Origin: a virus
Lineage: Duplodnaviria; Caudoviricetes
Strand: one strand, 5' to 3'
Virus record (IMG/VR): IMGVR_UViG_3300026522_000028
Span: 12,181 to 76,180 of that record
DNA: 64,000 bases
Shown here: positions 30,452 to 38,034 of the stretch, piece after piece
How the letters are laid out: each line of letters opens with the position of its first letter
Numbering within the stretch: the first letter of the stretch is position 1
The notes under the pieces: model-generated
What the model was told of the DNA's origin: nothing
Database searches by the model: none
The model's input: only the letters and a program-made list of their open reading frames with translations
Position numbers and translations under genes: made by a program

Positions 30452-32059
30452 TCACAGGAAAGGATTCAGCATCTTCCTGCTATCTTTCTTCGGGTCTGTC
30501 CCGATGGAACCGAAGGAGAACGACGCGACCGACGTAGCGAGGAGCGGATGCAATGCCATTTCCAATGCGTCCGGCCCATCGTCGTGTCCCTTCGGGTAAT
30601 TTCGTAACTGACTAAGCAGGACATGTTGTCCCTGCTTGAATTTGATATGCCCCTGCCGAATATGCGGCACAAGGCTTTCGATGCGTGCAGCTTTGCTATC
30701 GCGGCCAGCATGGAAGACATCGAGCCAGTCGAGGTAGATGCCTGACTGAACCAAGTCTCGCTGCAAAGTGTTCGCGAAGAACTGCTGGAACTGATTGGTT
30801 TCACAGACAATCTTCGGATTGTCGGTGTAGTACCGAGCAATGATGTGCTTCGCATCGTCGAGCAATGATTCTGCTCTGCGCTTCTCCAAGCTGGCTTCGA
30901 GGACATAGAAGTAGTTGTCCTCGCATTGCGCCACCGCAATAATCGCCGAGAAGTCATTCGACCGCTTCCCTGCAATCGCAGGGTCAATCGCAATCGTCAT
31001 CTGCTTAATCGGCGGATGCTCGGTGTAGTAGTTGTTCTCCAGCCAGTCCGTTTTGAAGATACGAGTGGATTCCGTCTGCGGATCGTTCTGGAACTCCGAG
31101 GCAAACCCTTCCTCCGATGCAAGCCGACGCTCCATCAGATGCTCGTACATGTCAGGCCGCTGGTCGGGCCACAGGACTTCCGTGCCTGCCAGCATTTCCT
31201 CTTTGTGCTCCCGATAAAAATCCATCGCGTCAGCATAGGCATGATCGCCTCGCGTGAGATCGACCATGATGTCCTCCCACTCTTTCCAGAGGGGACTGTC
31301 GGAGAACTTGATGACCGCCTTGAATGTCTTGCGAACCCAGTTGGAATACTCGCCGTCGTTCAACATGTGGTAGAGCAGCGCATCGTAGGAGAGCACCGTG
31401 CCGATGTAGAAGAACGAGCAGTTCACGGAACCCATCGGCATCACGTCGCTATTGAACCATTGCTGGAGCGCTGCGTTCTGCGACGGGCTCGATACCTCGT
31501 CGGCTGTCTCCAAGTCATCGAGGATAACGAGGTCTGGTCGCGTAGAGTTGAACTTCATGCCGCGCATCTGTGCACCAGCGCCTTTCGACGAGATGAACGT
31601 TTTCGTCTGCGTGAAAATCTCGTTGCTATTCCAGATGTCATCATTCCGCATCCGTCCGAAGTCGCGAATGATTTTGTCGTTGAACTCCAGCTCGTTTCGG
31701 ATGTCAATGATGAACTGCTTCGCAACAGGGCCAGTCGCAGAGATGATGACGATGAACTTCTTATAGCCGTAGCACGCGCACCAGATTGGGAACGCGAAGC
31801 TCGTAATCGTAGACTTCGCATGACCGCGAGGTGCTGCAACGACGTTCCGCGTTTCCTCGTCGCTATGACGGAGAACAACGTCTTCAATCTTCTCGATGAG
31901 CCAGAGGTGGAATGGACTCCACGGGGAGGGAAAGGATTCTGCGAGGTAATATTCACAGAACCTCTTGAAGTCCGTCGCGCAAACATCGCGCATGCTCTGT
32001 GCTTCACCATCGTTCTTCCGCAGCCTGCCGCCGAAGATTTGCTTCATTGCATTTGCCAC
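30452..32059 (-). CDS. terL: Terminase large subunit
   Basis: APRGHAKST Walker A, VILDDLE Walker B, IAIDPA..DFSA and HDDGPDAL nuclease motifs; GTG start after RBS. Confidence 0.93.
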   Translation of the reverse strand: MANAMKQIFGGRLRKNDGEAQSMRDVCATDFKRFCEYYLAESFPSPWSPFHLWLIEKIEDVVLRHSDEETRNVVAAPRGHAKSTITSFAFPIWCACYGYKKFIVIISATGPVAKQFIIDIRNELEFNDKIIRDFGRMRNDDIWNSNEIFTQTKTFISSKGAGAQMRGMKFNSTRPDLVILDDLETADEVSSPSQNAALQQWFNSDVMPMGSVNCSFFYIGTVLSYDALLYHMLNDGEYSNWVRKTFKAVIKFSDSPLWKEWEDIMVDLTRGDHAYADAMDFYREHKEEMLAGTEVLWPDQRPDMYEHLMERRLASEEGFASEFQNDPQTESTRIFKTDWLENNYYTEHPPIKQMTIAIDPAIAGKRSNDFSAIIAVAQCEDNYFYVLEASLEKRRAESLLDDAKHIIARYYTDNPKIVCETNQFQQFFANTLQRDLVQSGIYLDWLDVFHAGRDSKAARIESLVPHIRQGHIKFKQGQHVLLSQLRNYPKGHDDGPDALEMALHPLLATSVASFSFGSIGTDPKKDSRKMLNPFL

Positions 32060-32061
32060 GG

Positions 32062-33018
32062 TTATCTCTTCCCTTCGATGTGATACTTGTTGATGTGATT
32101 CTCGATACGATGGAGCCGCTTGTTGTCGAAGAACTTCTGCTTCTTGTACCACGGCCTCCACGGGTTCGTCTCCTTGCTCCCGTTGCACCGCGCACAGGTC
32201 GGCACGATGTTCTCAACGAGATCGACGCGCCCCGGAGCTTTCTTGCTAAGTTCCGATTTCGCAATGACATGCTCGGCAATCAGCGGCGTATCCTTCGCAC
32301 CGCAGTACGCGCAGGCATCATCGAACTCATGCTTCGTCCGCTCCCATTCCGTGTCATTCGTGAACACGCCATTGAGCGATACCCAGTAACCAGCGCGGCT
32401 ACGCACAATCGTATGCGTCTCCACGCCGACCACGAACTCCTGCATGACTTCCAGCGGGATATGCTGGAGCAGCCAGTCTTTGACCGTGATATGCAAGTTG
32501 CGTGCGTAGGGAACGCAGATGCCATACCATTCGCCGAGCGCATCGTAGAAGTCCCGAGCACGACTGCCGGGGACGGCTGCGATGAACCGCGTCTTCAAGT
32601 TCTCGAAGGTGTAGCTCGGATTGATGTACGGTTTCACGATGCCAGATTCTTTGAGCATCCGTTCGAGCCCGTCGATCCGTTCGTTCAGCCGCAGCTCGTA
32701 CCGACCGTCCCGAGAGATTGTCGGGAGTACGTCGTGAGCAATCCACCGCTGATACTTCTGGGAGAACTCCTTGCGACTGCCGAGGATCAATCGATAGACC
32801 CCAGCCTCGCTTACCGCGTTCACTTTCTGCTTGCCACCCGATGTCTCTACGGTGACTGTTGTATGCTCGTCATCGTCGAGCCGCGCCATAGCATTCCTGC
32901 CGCGCTTGATACCGAGGGCATCGCAGATGTCATTCGCTACATACCATTTGCATCCACCATCTTTCACGATGCGGACGTTGCTGAACACGCCGCCATCGAA
33001 AGTCAGAAGTTCGTTCAA
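32062..33018 (-). CDS. Bro-N domain fused to an HNH endonuclease
   Basis: WYVANDICDALG...VSEAGVYRLILGSRK (Bro-N); CAYCG...EHVIA...NIVPTCARCNGSK (HNH); TTG start. Confidence 0.85.
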   Translation of the reverse strand: MNELLTFDGGVFSNVRIVKDGGCKWYVANDICDALGIKRGRNAMARLDDDEHTTVTVETSGGKQKVNAVSEAGVYRLILGSRKEFSQKYQRWIAHDVLPTISRDGRYELRLNERIDGLERMLKESGIVKPYINPSYTFENLKTRFIAAVPGSRARDFYDALGEWYGICVPYARNLHITVKDWLLQHIPLEVMQEFVVGVETHTIVRSRAGYWVSLNGVFTNDTEWERTKHEFDDACAYCGAKDTPLIAEHVIAKSELSKKAPGRVDLVENIVPTCARCNGSKETNPWRPWYKKQKFFDNKRLHRIENHINKYHIEGKR

Positions 33019-33022
33019 ATAA

Positions 33023-33151
33023 TTACCTCGTCTTGTACTCGAAAATTTCCTTGTCTGCCCAGCGCTTGTCATCGCGGGACTTCACATGCTTCCGCAGGTC
33101 TTTCCCCTTCTTCACATGACGGGGTTTGCGGTCGCGTTCTTCCATGCTCAT
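33023..33151 (-). CDS. Small basic protein (42 aa)
   Basis: AAGGAG RBS; MSMEERDRKPRHVKKGKDLRKHVKSRDDKRWADKEIFEYKTR. Confidence 0.5.
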   Translation of the reverse strand: MSMEERDRKPRHVKKGKDLRKHVKSRDDKRWADKEIFEYKTR

Positions 33152-33163
33152 ACGTCGTTCTCC

Positions 33164-33802
33164 TTATACGTTCGGCGGCGCAATCTTCCGCAACGCTTCG
33201 ATGAGTGCAGGGTTATCCCTGAACGCATCCATGACTGCGTTGTAGTCATCTTCGTTGAGCCGCACCTTCAGAATGTCATTGATGATGTTCATCGCCCTCG
33301 CGACGGTGGAATACGTGTAGACCTTCTCCTGAATCTCACCGATGTCCGTCGATAACGTCTGCTGGCGCAGCGTCATTCGGTCGAGCATATCGATGGTCTG
33401 CTTCAGTTCCTTGATGTCACAGGTTCCGTCGCCGAGCTTCTTGTTCAATTCATCGAGGGCAACGGTGATGATGTCAATCGCGCTCGTCACAAGATTCAAT
33501 GCCTGAACCTTCGTGCCGTAGACGTTCACCATCTTGTTCTCGGTGGGAACCTCGATGTCCCCGCCGAGGCCGTTGCTTCTGCACCACCGCGCAATCGTGT
33601 TGTGCGAAATCTTGTACCCTCCGGGGATGACACCCGAATCATTGATTTCCTTCGTGATTAGGCGGTAGCTTTCGCCCTTCATCCGTTTGTCGCGGATGAG
33701 CGGTGCGATGTTGTACGCTTCGATGAGCGTCTTGTTGTTGCCCGTGATGAAAGCCTTGTCATTTCCCGGAGGCGGTGGAGCCGATGGTCTTTTCTTTACC
33801 AT
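33164..33802 (-). CDS. Terminase small subunit (putative)
   Basis: N-terminal HTH-like region (ISHNTIARWC) plus helical region; first gene of the packaging operon. Confidence 0.65.
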   Translation of the reverse strand: MVKKRPSAPPPPGNDKAFITGNNKTLIEAYNIAPLIRDKRMKGESYRLITKEINDSGVIPGGYKISHNTIARWCRSNGLGGDIEVPTENKMVNVYGTKVQALNLVTSAIDIITVALDELNKKLGDGTCDIKELKQTIDMLDRMTLRQQTLSTDIGEIQEKVYTYSTVARAMNIINDILKVRLNEDDYNAVMDAFRDNPALIEALRKIAPPNV

Positions 33803-33857
33803 ACCTCTATACCTCCATACCTCTATAACGTCATACCTCTATACCTCTATGGAGGTA
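33800..33857. repeat. 8-bp-period ATAGAGGT array fused to the terS start codon
   Basis: catacctctatacctccatacctctataacgtcatacctctatacctctatggaggta. Confidence 0.85.
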
Positions 33858-33861
33858 CGCA

Positions 33862-34050
33862 AAATAAAAGCGCGGCTCAGGAGTGTTCCCCATTGCCACG
33901 CATAAGAGGGCTTGCGCCCTTTAACTGTTTACGCCACAGTCAGAACGTCATCGGCGAACCTCATCCCTAGTCCGATGAACCGTATTCGTCACGGCTTTTT
34001 CCAACGAGTCCGCACGCGGGCCCTGCAAGGTACGGCTATAGCAACTCAAA
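33862..34050 (-). ncRNA. Candidate structured RNA downstream of the tRNAs
   Basis: Hairpins GGGC-GCAA-GCCC, ACTGT..ACAGT, CATCGG..CCGATG, CCGTAC..GTGCGG; ends in a stem followed by TTTTATTTT. Confidence 0.4.
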
Positions 34051-34052
34051 GT

Positions 34053-34128
34053 TGGTCGCTCGGGGAGGCATCGAACCCCCGACGTAAAGATTATGATTCT
34101 CCTGTTCTTCCAACTGAACTACCGAGCG
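34053..34128 (-). tRNA. tRNA with CAT anticodon (elongator Met or Ile2)
   Basis: Full 76-nt cloverleaf with encoded CCA; C1:G72 is paired, so not initiator-type. Confidence 0.9.
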
Positions 34129-34131
34129 ATA

Positions 34132-34218
34132 TGGTCGGTGGGGTAGGGTTCGAACCTACGATGTATCTTGCGTCTCGGATTTACAGTCCGATGCTTTCAC
34201 CACTCAGCTCACCCACCG
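34132..34218 (-). tRNA. tRNA-Tyr(GTA)
   Basis: TCGGA-CTGTAAA-TCCGA anticodon arm, long variable arm, GGTTCGAAC T-loop, CCA end. Confidence 0.92.
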
Positions 34219-34219
34219 A

Positions 34220-34700
34220 TGAAATCGCGGATGCTGCGTCTGCATCCACTTGCTGATTCTACGTCAGCCAACGTGTCTGTGTGTCCGCGCCGATCCGCCG
34301 ATGCAGCGCTCGGGTCTTTTTCGGTTGCCCCTGTTCTAGAATTGACAACAACCCGGCAATATCGGGACGAAACCTTTACTCCCCGATGTCCTCCACCTAA
34401 CGTCTGTCGAGGTAGCAACGTTCTCGTTGCCTGCGCGGGTAACCATGCCGCGCCATCGTTTCTGTCGCCAGCTTTGTTTACCGTCGTGCTGGAGCGACGC
34501 TTCTCCCGCGAGGTTTCTCACATCGACCTCACCGATGCCTCGGCGCGGTACTCGCTTCGGAAGAACATGGTCGCACAAAGGCAATCCTGCTTATGCGCGG
34601 GTATACCAATGTATTCCAAGGATCGCTTCGAGGGAACCAAGCATCTCGATATACAATCATGGAGCGTAGCGACATGTTGCCGCAAGGCAACCAATTGTAG
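34220..34700 (-). ncRNA. Candidate large structured ncRNA upstream of the tRNAs
   Basis: About 10 hairpins in 480 nt and no ORF with a convincing RBS. Confidence 0.45.
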
Positions 34701-34951
34701 GATTCAAAGGTCTTCATTGAATTCAATGGATACCAATGATTCAATCACCATTGTTCATCATTGATTACCAATGGATAGACCTTTGCCCCCCTACCCCCCA
34801 TTGAAGTCCTCAGTTCGGTTCTCGCTCCGCTCGAACACTCCGCTTCGCTTCGTGCTTCTATCGCAGTACCTTGTTCCGTCCTTCGTCCCCCGCAGCCACC
34901 ATCGAACTTCTATGTTATCCTATGGTATACTCCGAAGCAACCCTTCACACA

Positions 34952-35003
34952 TAATGTTGAAAATCGGGGTTTTTTGCAACCCTATTTTACAAAGTTTAAT
35001 CAA
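34952..35003 (-). promoter_or_regulatory. Putative late promoter, copy 2
   Basis: TTGCAA-N17-CATTAT with upstream TTGATTAAACTT; matches 15256-15310. Confidence 0.65.
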
Positions 35004-35671
35004 CATATAATCTATGTTATCTATGTCCGTCCGTGTTTTTACCCCGAATCGACGCTGATGCCCCTAGCGTTCGTTCTGAGCGCGTTGGAGTACCTACGCT
35101 ACCAAGTTATCCTATGAAGCCTCCGAAGGGGCTTAGACGCGAAGCCAGAGCGGTCAGAGAGCCTGCAATTAACATCAATGTTATTCAATGATTGTCAATG
35201 GTGTCGATGTTATTTTTTTTGTTGCGGAGAAATTTTCATGGATGTTGCCGATGGATTCTATGATAACCTATGGCTATTCATTTCCGCACCCCATGTATCA
35301 TGCACGCGATCACCCGCGAACCCGCATGGTTCCTACGTTCCCAGCATTTTCCTGCGCTGCGCTGCGCAGATCGAACTTTGTTTTCGGTGTAACAATCCGC
35401 GCTGAAGCCGCGTAATTACTGGGGTTGTGCGGTGTTACGGATGACAGGGGTATTGCTGCGGATGGCTATGAAATAATTTTGGACGGCGCGGGTACGGAGC
35501 TGAGACTATGCCGGGCGCGCGCTGCGGGGCGTTCCGCGTCGGGCACGGCGTTTCACACCCTCCCAAATACATACATGCGGAAACGCTGTGAGGCTAGGAA
35601 TGGCGCGGCTTGACGGCATGCATGCATAACATTATGGCTATAACGTTGCCTACTAAGAAAGGCTTTTGCAG

Positions 35672-35714
35672 GCGCGTATGCGTATACGTGCGCGCGCGCG
35701 CGCGTGCGCGTGTG
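35672..35714. repeat. 43-bp perfect purine-pyrimidine alternation (Z-DNA prone)
   Basis: gcgcgtatgcgtatacgtgcgcgcgcgcgcgcgtgcgcgtgtg. Confidence 0.8.
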
Positions 35715-35954
35715 GTGGCCGTCCGCAGCCGACAACGCTGTCAAGGTAAAATACTTGACAGGCCGTTGGTACATCTGCGAACGATAACTTTTGGCTATAC
35801 AATCCATAGCCTCATCCTATGGCATCCCTATTAATCCCTAGATAGAAGGAAAAACTTTTTTTCAGCTCCGGAAAACCGCCGCGAAGCCAATAACGACGCG
35901 GGCTGACAGCGTTTCAGATCGATCCGTTCGGCATCTGCTGCGCGAAATTCCCTG

Positions 35955-35983
35955 TTGACAACGAACCGATAAAGCGCTATACT
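35955..35983 (+). promoter_or_regulatory. Early sigma-A promoter P1
   Basis: TTGACA-acgaaccgataaagcgc-TATACT. Confidence 0.9.
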
Positions 35984-36073
35984 GTGAAGCGTCCAAAGGG
36001 AACAGGGACAACGCAAGACAGCGACCCTGCGCCCGTCGCGAATCGTCGAAATTCGACAGGACGAAAAAAGTCC

Positions 36074-36102
36074 TTGACAACGAACCGATAAAGCGATATA
36101 AT
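36074..36102 (+). promoter_or_regulatory. Early sigma-A promoter P2
   Basis: A-tract then TTGACA-acgaaccgataaagcga-TATAAT. Confidence 0.92.
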
Positions 36103-36265
36103 GGGGGCACCGAAAGGCAAAGAGGTCCATCCTACGAGACGACTCGGCTACGTGCATTGATTTGACACGCGAGTACGTCGTGGGGGGCGACGCTAAAACT
36201 CTATGCTTTTCATAGCTGCCATTGTACGCTCGTAGTCTGTCCATTGTCGCCGACGAAAAAAGTCC

Positions 36266-36294
36266 TTGACAACGAACCGATAAAGCGATATAAT
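36266..36294 (+). promoter_or_regulatory. Early sigma-A promoter P3
   Basis: Identical to P2. Confidence 0.92.
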
Positions 36295-36500
36295 GGGGAC
36301 ACAAGGTTGAAGGCCGCGAGGCCAATGACCTAACATTACACCGACGTTGGTAGCATCCCGAACAAGATTGCTACATGCCGTATTACTCTCTATGTAGAGG
36401 TCAGACTCTACCATCCAAACACGCGAGAAGCAACGCGTTATAACTCCCTGTCGCTATGTAACAGATGGCGCTCGTCATTGATGGCATAGGCAGACACGTA

Positions 36501-36517
36501 GTCCTTTGAAAACTGAA
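36501..36517 (+). promoter_or_regulatory. Firmicute rrn-type boxA-like element
   Basis: GTCCTTTGAAAACTGAA compared with rrn leader GTTCTTTGAAAACT. Confidence 0.6.
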
Positions 36518-36742
36518 GAAGTGTGTCCCAAAGCCTCCCCATAGCAGGCCCGCAAGAATCCTCTGTTTTGAACGGATACCACTATGGAAGACATGAAACA
36601 ATGCAAGCGCCGTGGGAAGGTGCGTAGCAGACGAAGGTCTGTGAGGTATACCGCACGATGTAGATGCTTTGGGTAGTGAGCACAAAATTCCTCTCCTGTA
36701 AAAAATTCCGTGACGAGCGCGGGCAACACCGTGCTCATCATG

Positions 36743-36781
36743 GGAGGAACTAGGTAGCACCTAGGGACTTCCAATTTTTTT
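36743..36781 (+). terminator. Intrinsic terminator ending the early leader
   Basis: GGAGG-aa-CTAGG-tagca-CCTAG-gga-CTTCC followed by aaTTTTTTT. Confidence 0.6.
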
Positions 36782-36837
36782 GCAAGTGTGATAACATATT
36801 TGTTATTGCAGTAACGGAATTACTAGGAGGAATAACT

Positions 36838-37068
36838 ATGAACGCCAGTATTGAAAGACTGCACCGCATCGAACGCGAAGTAACATTGGCAGGTAAAGAA
36901 ATCCTGTCGATTCGCTGCGACGCCCTCGGGTATCGTGTGCTGGAGTACGACGAGAAGAACGTCTGCACCCCCTACGTGGTTCACGCGTGGCTCCCGGGGA
37001 CTGGGCTCTTCGCAGGTCGATACTTCGAACGCAAAGAAGGCGCGGTGGCCGAGTTCGACCGTCATTGA
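36838..37068 (+). CDS. Early hypothetical protein
   Basis: AGGAGG RBS; 76 aa. Confidence 0.75.
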   Translation: MNASIERLHRIEREVTLAGKEILSIRCDALGYRVLEYDEKNVCTPYVVHAWLPGTGLFAGRYFERKEGAVAEFDRH

Positions 37069-37127
37069 CAGTAACGGCGGCATGATGATTCCCATCGTGT
37101 CGCTGGTAGTGGCAATGACGCCACAGG
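37069..37127 (+). repeat. Two-hairpin intergenic motif, copy A
   Basis: CAGTAA-CGGCGGCATGATG/CATCGTGTCGCTG-GTA-GTGGC-aatgac-GCCAC-AGG. Confidence 0.8.
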
Positions 37128-37147
37128 AACAACAGGAGGAATAAGCT

Positions 37148-37438
37148 ATGATGACATCTGTAATCGTCGATTATCGCGGAATGAACCATGAAACGGCTAT
37201 CGAATACAAATGGGTGTTGCGCGATATCGAAGCGGAGCAAGTGGAAATCCCGCATCTAATCCGCGAGGACAAAGAGCAGGGCATGACCTACGACGAGACG
37301 CTGGAAGACCTGCGGACCGCTCTCGTGCTTGACATGAATGACTGTGTTGAGAGCGACTACATCCGCGAGCTTCTGGGATGCCTTGACATCGACTTCCATG
37401 CCATCGCCGAAAGACTGATGGAAAACTATTGGAATTGA
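37148..37438 (+). CDS. Early acidic hypothetical protein
   Basis: AGGAGG RBS; 96 aa, D/E rich. Confidence 0.75.
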   Translation: MMTSVIVDYRGMNHETAIEYKWVLRDIEAEQVEIPHLIREDKEQGMTYDETLEDLRTALVLDMNDCVESDYIRELLGCLDIDFHAIAERLMENYWN

Positions 37439-37493
37439 TAGTGGCAGCGGCAAGGCAACGTCTTGCCGTTGGTAGTGTCAATCCCGACACAGG
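37439..37493 (+). repeat. Two-hairpin intergenic motif, copy B
   Basis: TAGTGG-CAGCGGCAAGGC/GTCTTGCCGTTG-GTA-GTGTC-aatccc-GACAC-AGG. Confidence 0.8.
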
Positions 37494-37512
37494 ATTAACA
37501 GGAGGAATTACC

Positions 37513-37731
37513 ATGACAGTACAGGGAATCGTTGCAACGTCCGCATTCGGCGGGCTCGAAGTTCTTGACATCGAGTACGGCCCGGAGGATCGCGTCGTGT
37601 ACCGCTGGTGCATCGACGGCAAAGAGGGGCGCATCTGCCGCGCAAAAATCCGTGATGATGTCGGTGGCCTTCCGTATTTCAAAACGCGGGGGCAGACGGT
37701 TTTCATGGATGACGTTCTCGCAGCACTCTGA
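37513..37731 (+). CDS. Early hypothetical protein
   Basis: AGGAGG RBS; MTVQGIVATSAFGGLEVLDIEYG. Confidence 0.75.
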   Translation: MTVQGIVATSAFGGLEVLDIEYGPEDRVVYRWCIDGKEGRICRAKIRDDVGGLPYFKTRGQTVFMDDVLAAL

Positions 37732-37738
37732 AAATCCG

Positions 37739-37796
37739 CAGTAATCTAGGCACGACAAGGAAGTCGTGTCTAGGGTAGTGGGGATTTTCCCACAGG
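37739..37796 (+). repeat. Two-hairpin intergenic motif, copy C
   Basis: CAGTAAT-CTAGGCACGAC/GTCGTGTCTAG-GGTA-GTGGG-gatttt-CCCAC-AGG. Confidence 0.85.
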
Positions 37797-37817
37797 AAAA
37801 GACAGGAGGAATTTACT

Positions 37818-37859
37818 ATGAGGCATCTAGAACGTCCCCCGCCGCCGCCTACATATTAA
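37818..37859 (+). CDS. Polyproline sORF MRHLERPPPPPTY
   Basis: CAGGAG RBS identical in type to those of neighbouring genes. Confidence 0.45.
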   Translation: MRHLERPPPPPTY

Positions 37860-37933
37860 TTTACGTATTATTGTAGGTGTACATGGAGGAAATGGAAATG
37901 CATTGGCGATAGTAGAGAATACGTAGTCGAATA

Positions 37934-38006
37934 GCCGAAACGACCGTTGGATGCATACAACGGTTGTCTGTCGGGAATGACCCCCCGGCACCGATGAGGC
38001 AGGTCA
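37934..38006 (+). ncRNA. Type II hammerhead ribozyme (U4C core variant)
   Basis: GCC-GAAA-C, stem III GACCGTTG/CAACGGTT, GUC site, stem I TGTCGGG/CCCGGCA, CCGATGA-GGC, loop I TGACC pairs with the 3' GGTCA. Confidence 0.88.
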
Positions 38007-38034
38007 GCCTAGGGAAAAGACAGGAGGAATTACC

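Noticed and set aside
1229-33204. Long plus-strand ORFs (e.g. 18228-21425, 2606-3943, 26709-28130)
   Set aside because: They are antisense shadows of well-supported minus-strand structural genes, with no RBS and no motifs.
33960-34000. Group II intron domain V (AGCCGT..ACGGTTC on minus)
   Set aside because: Too short for DV, with no 5' GUGYG, no domain VI and no RT gene.
33980-34052. Theta (HDV-like) ribozyme after the tRNA
   Set aside because: No nested double-pseudoknot pattern could be built directly 3' of the tRNA.
34220-34700. RNase P RNA or tmRNA
   Set aside because: GGTAAAC and ACAGAAAC are present, but there is no GAGGAAAGUCC (CR I) and no tRNA-like tmRNA ends.
36324-36400. Twister ribozyme (GACCU-AAC..UCCCG..AGGUC)
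   Set aside because: P1/P2-like pairing exists but the T1/T2 pseudoknot nucleotides do not fit.
37775-37796. 5S rRNA fragment (GGTAGT-GGGG..CCC resembles loop E/helix IV)
   Set aside because: Only a short resemblance; the divergent copies A and B lose it while keeping the fold.
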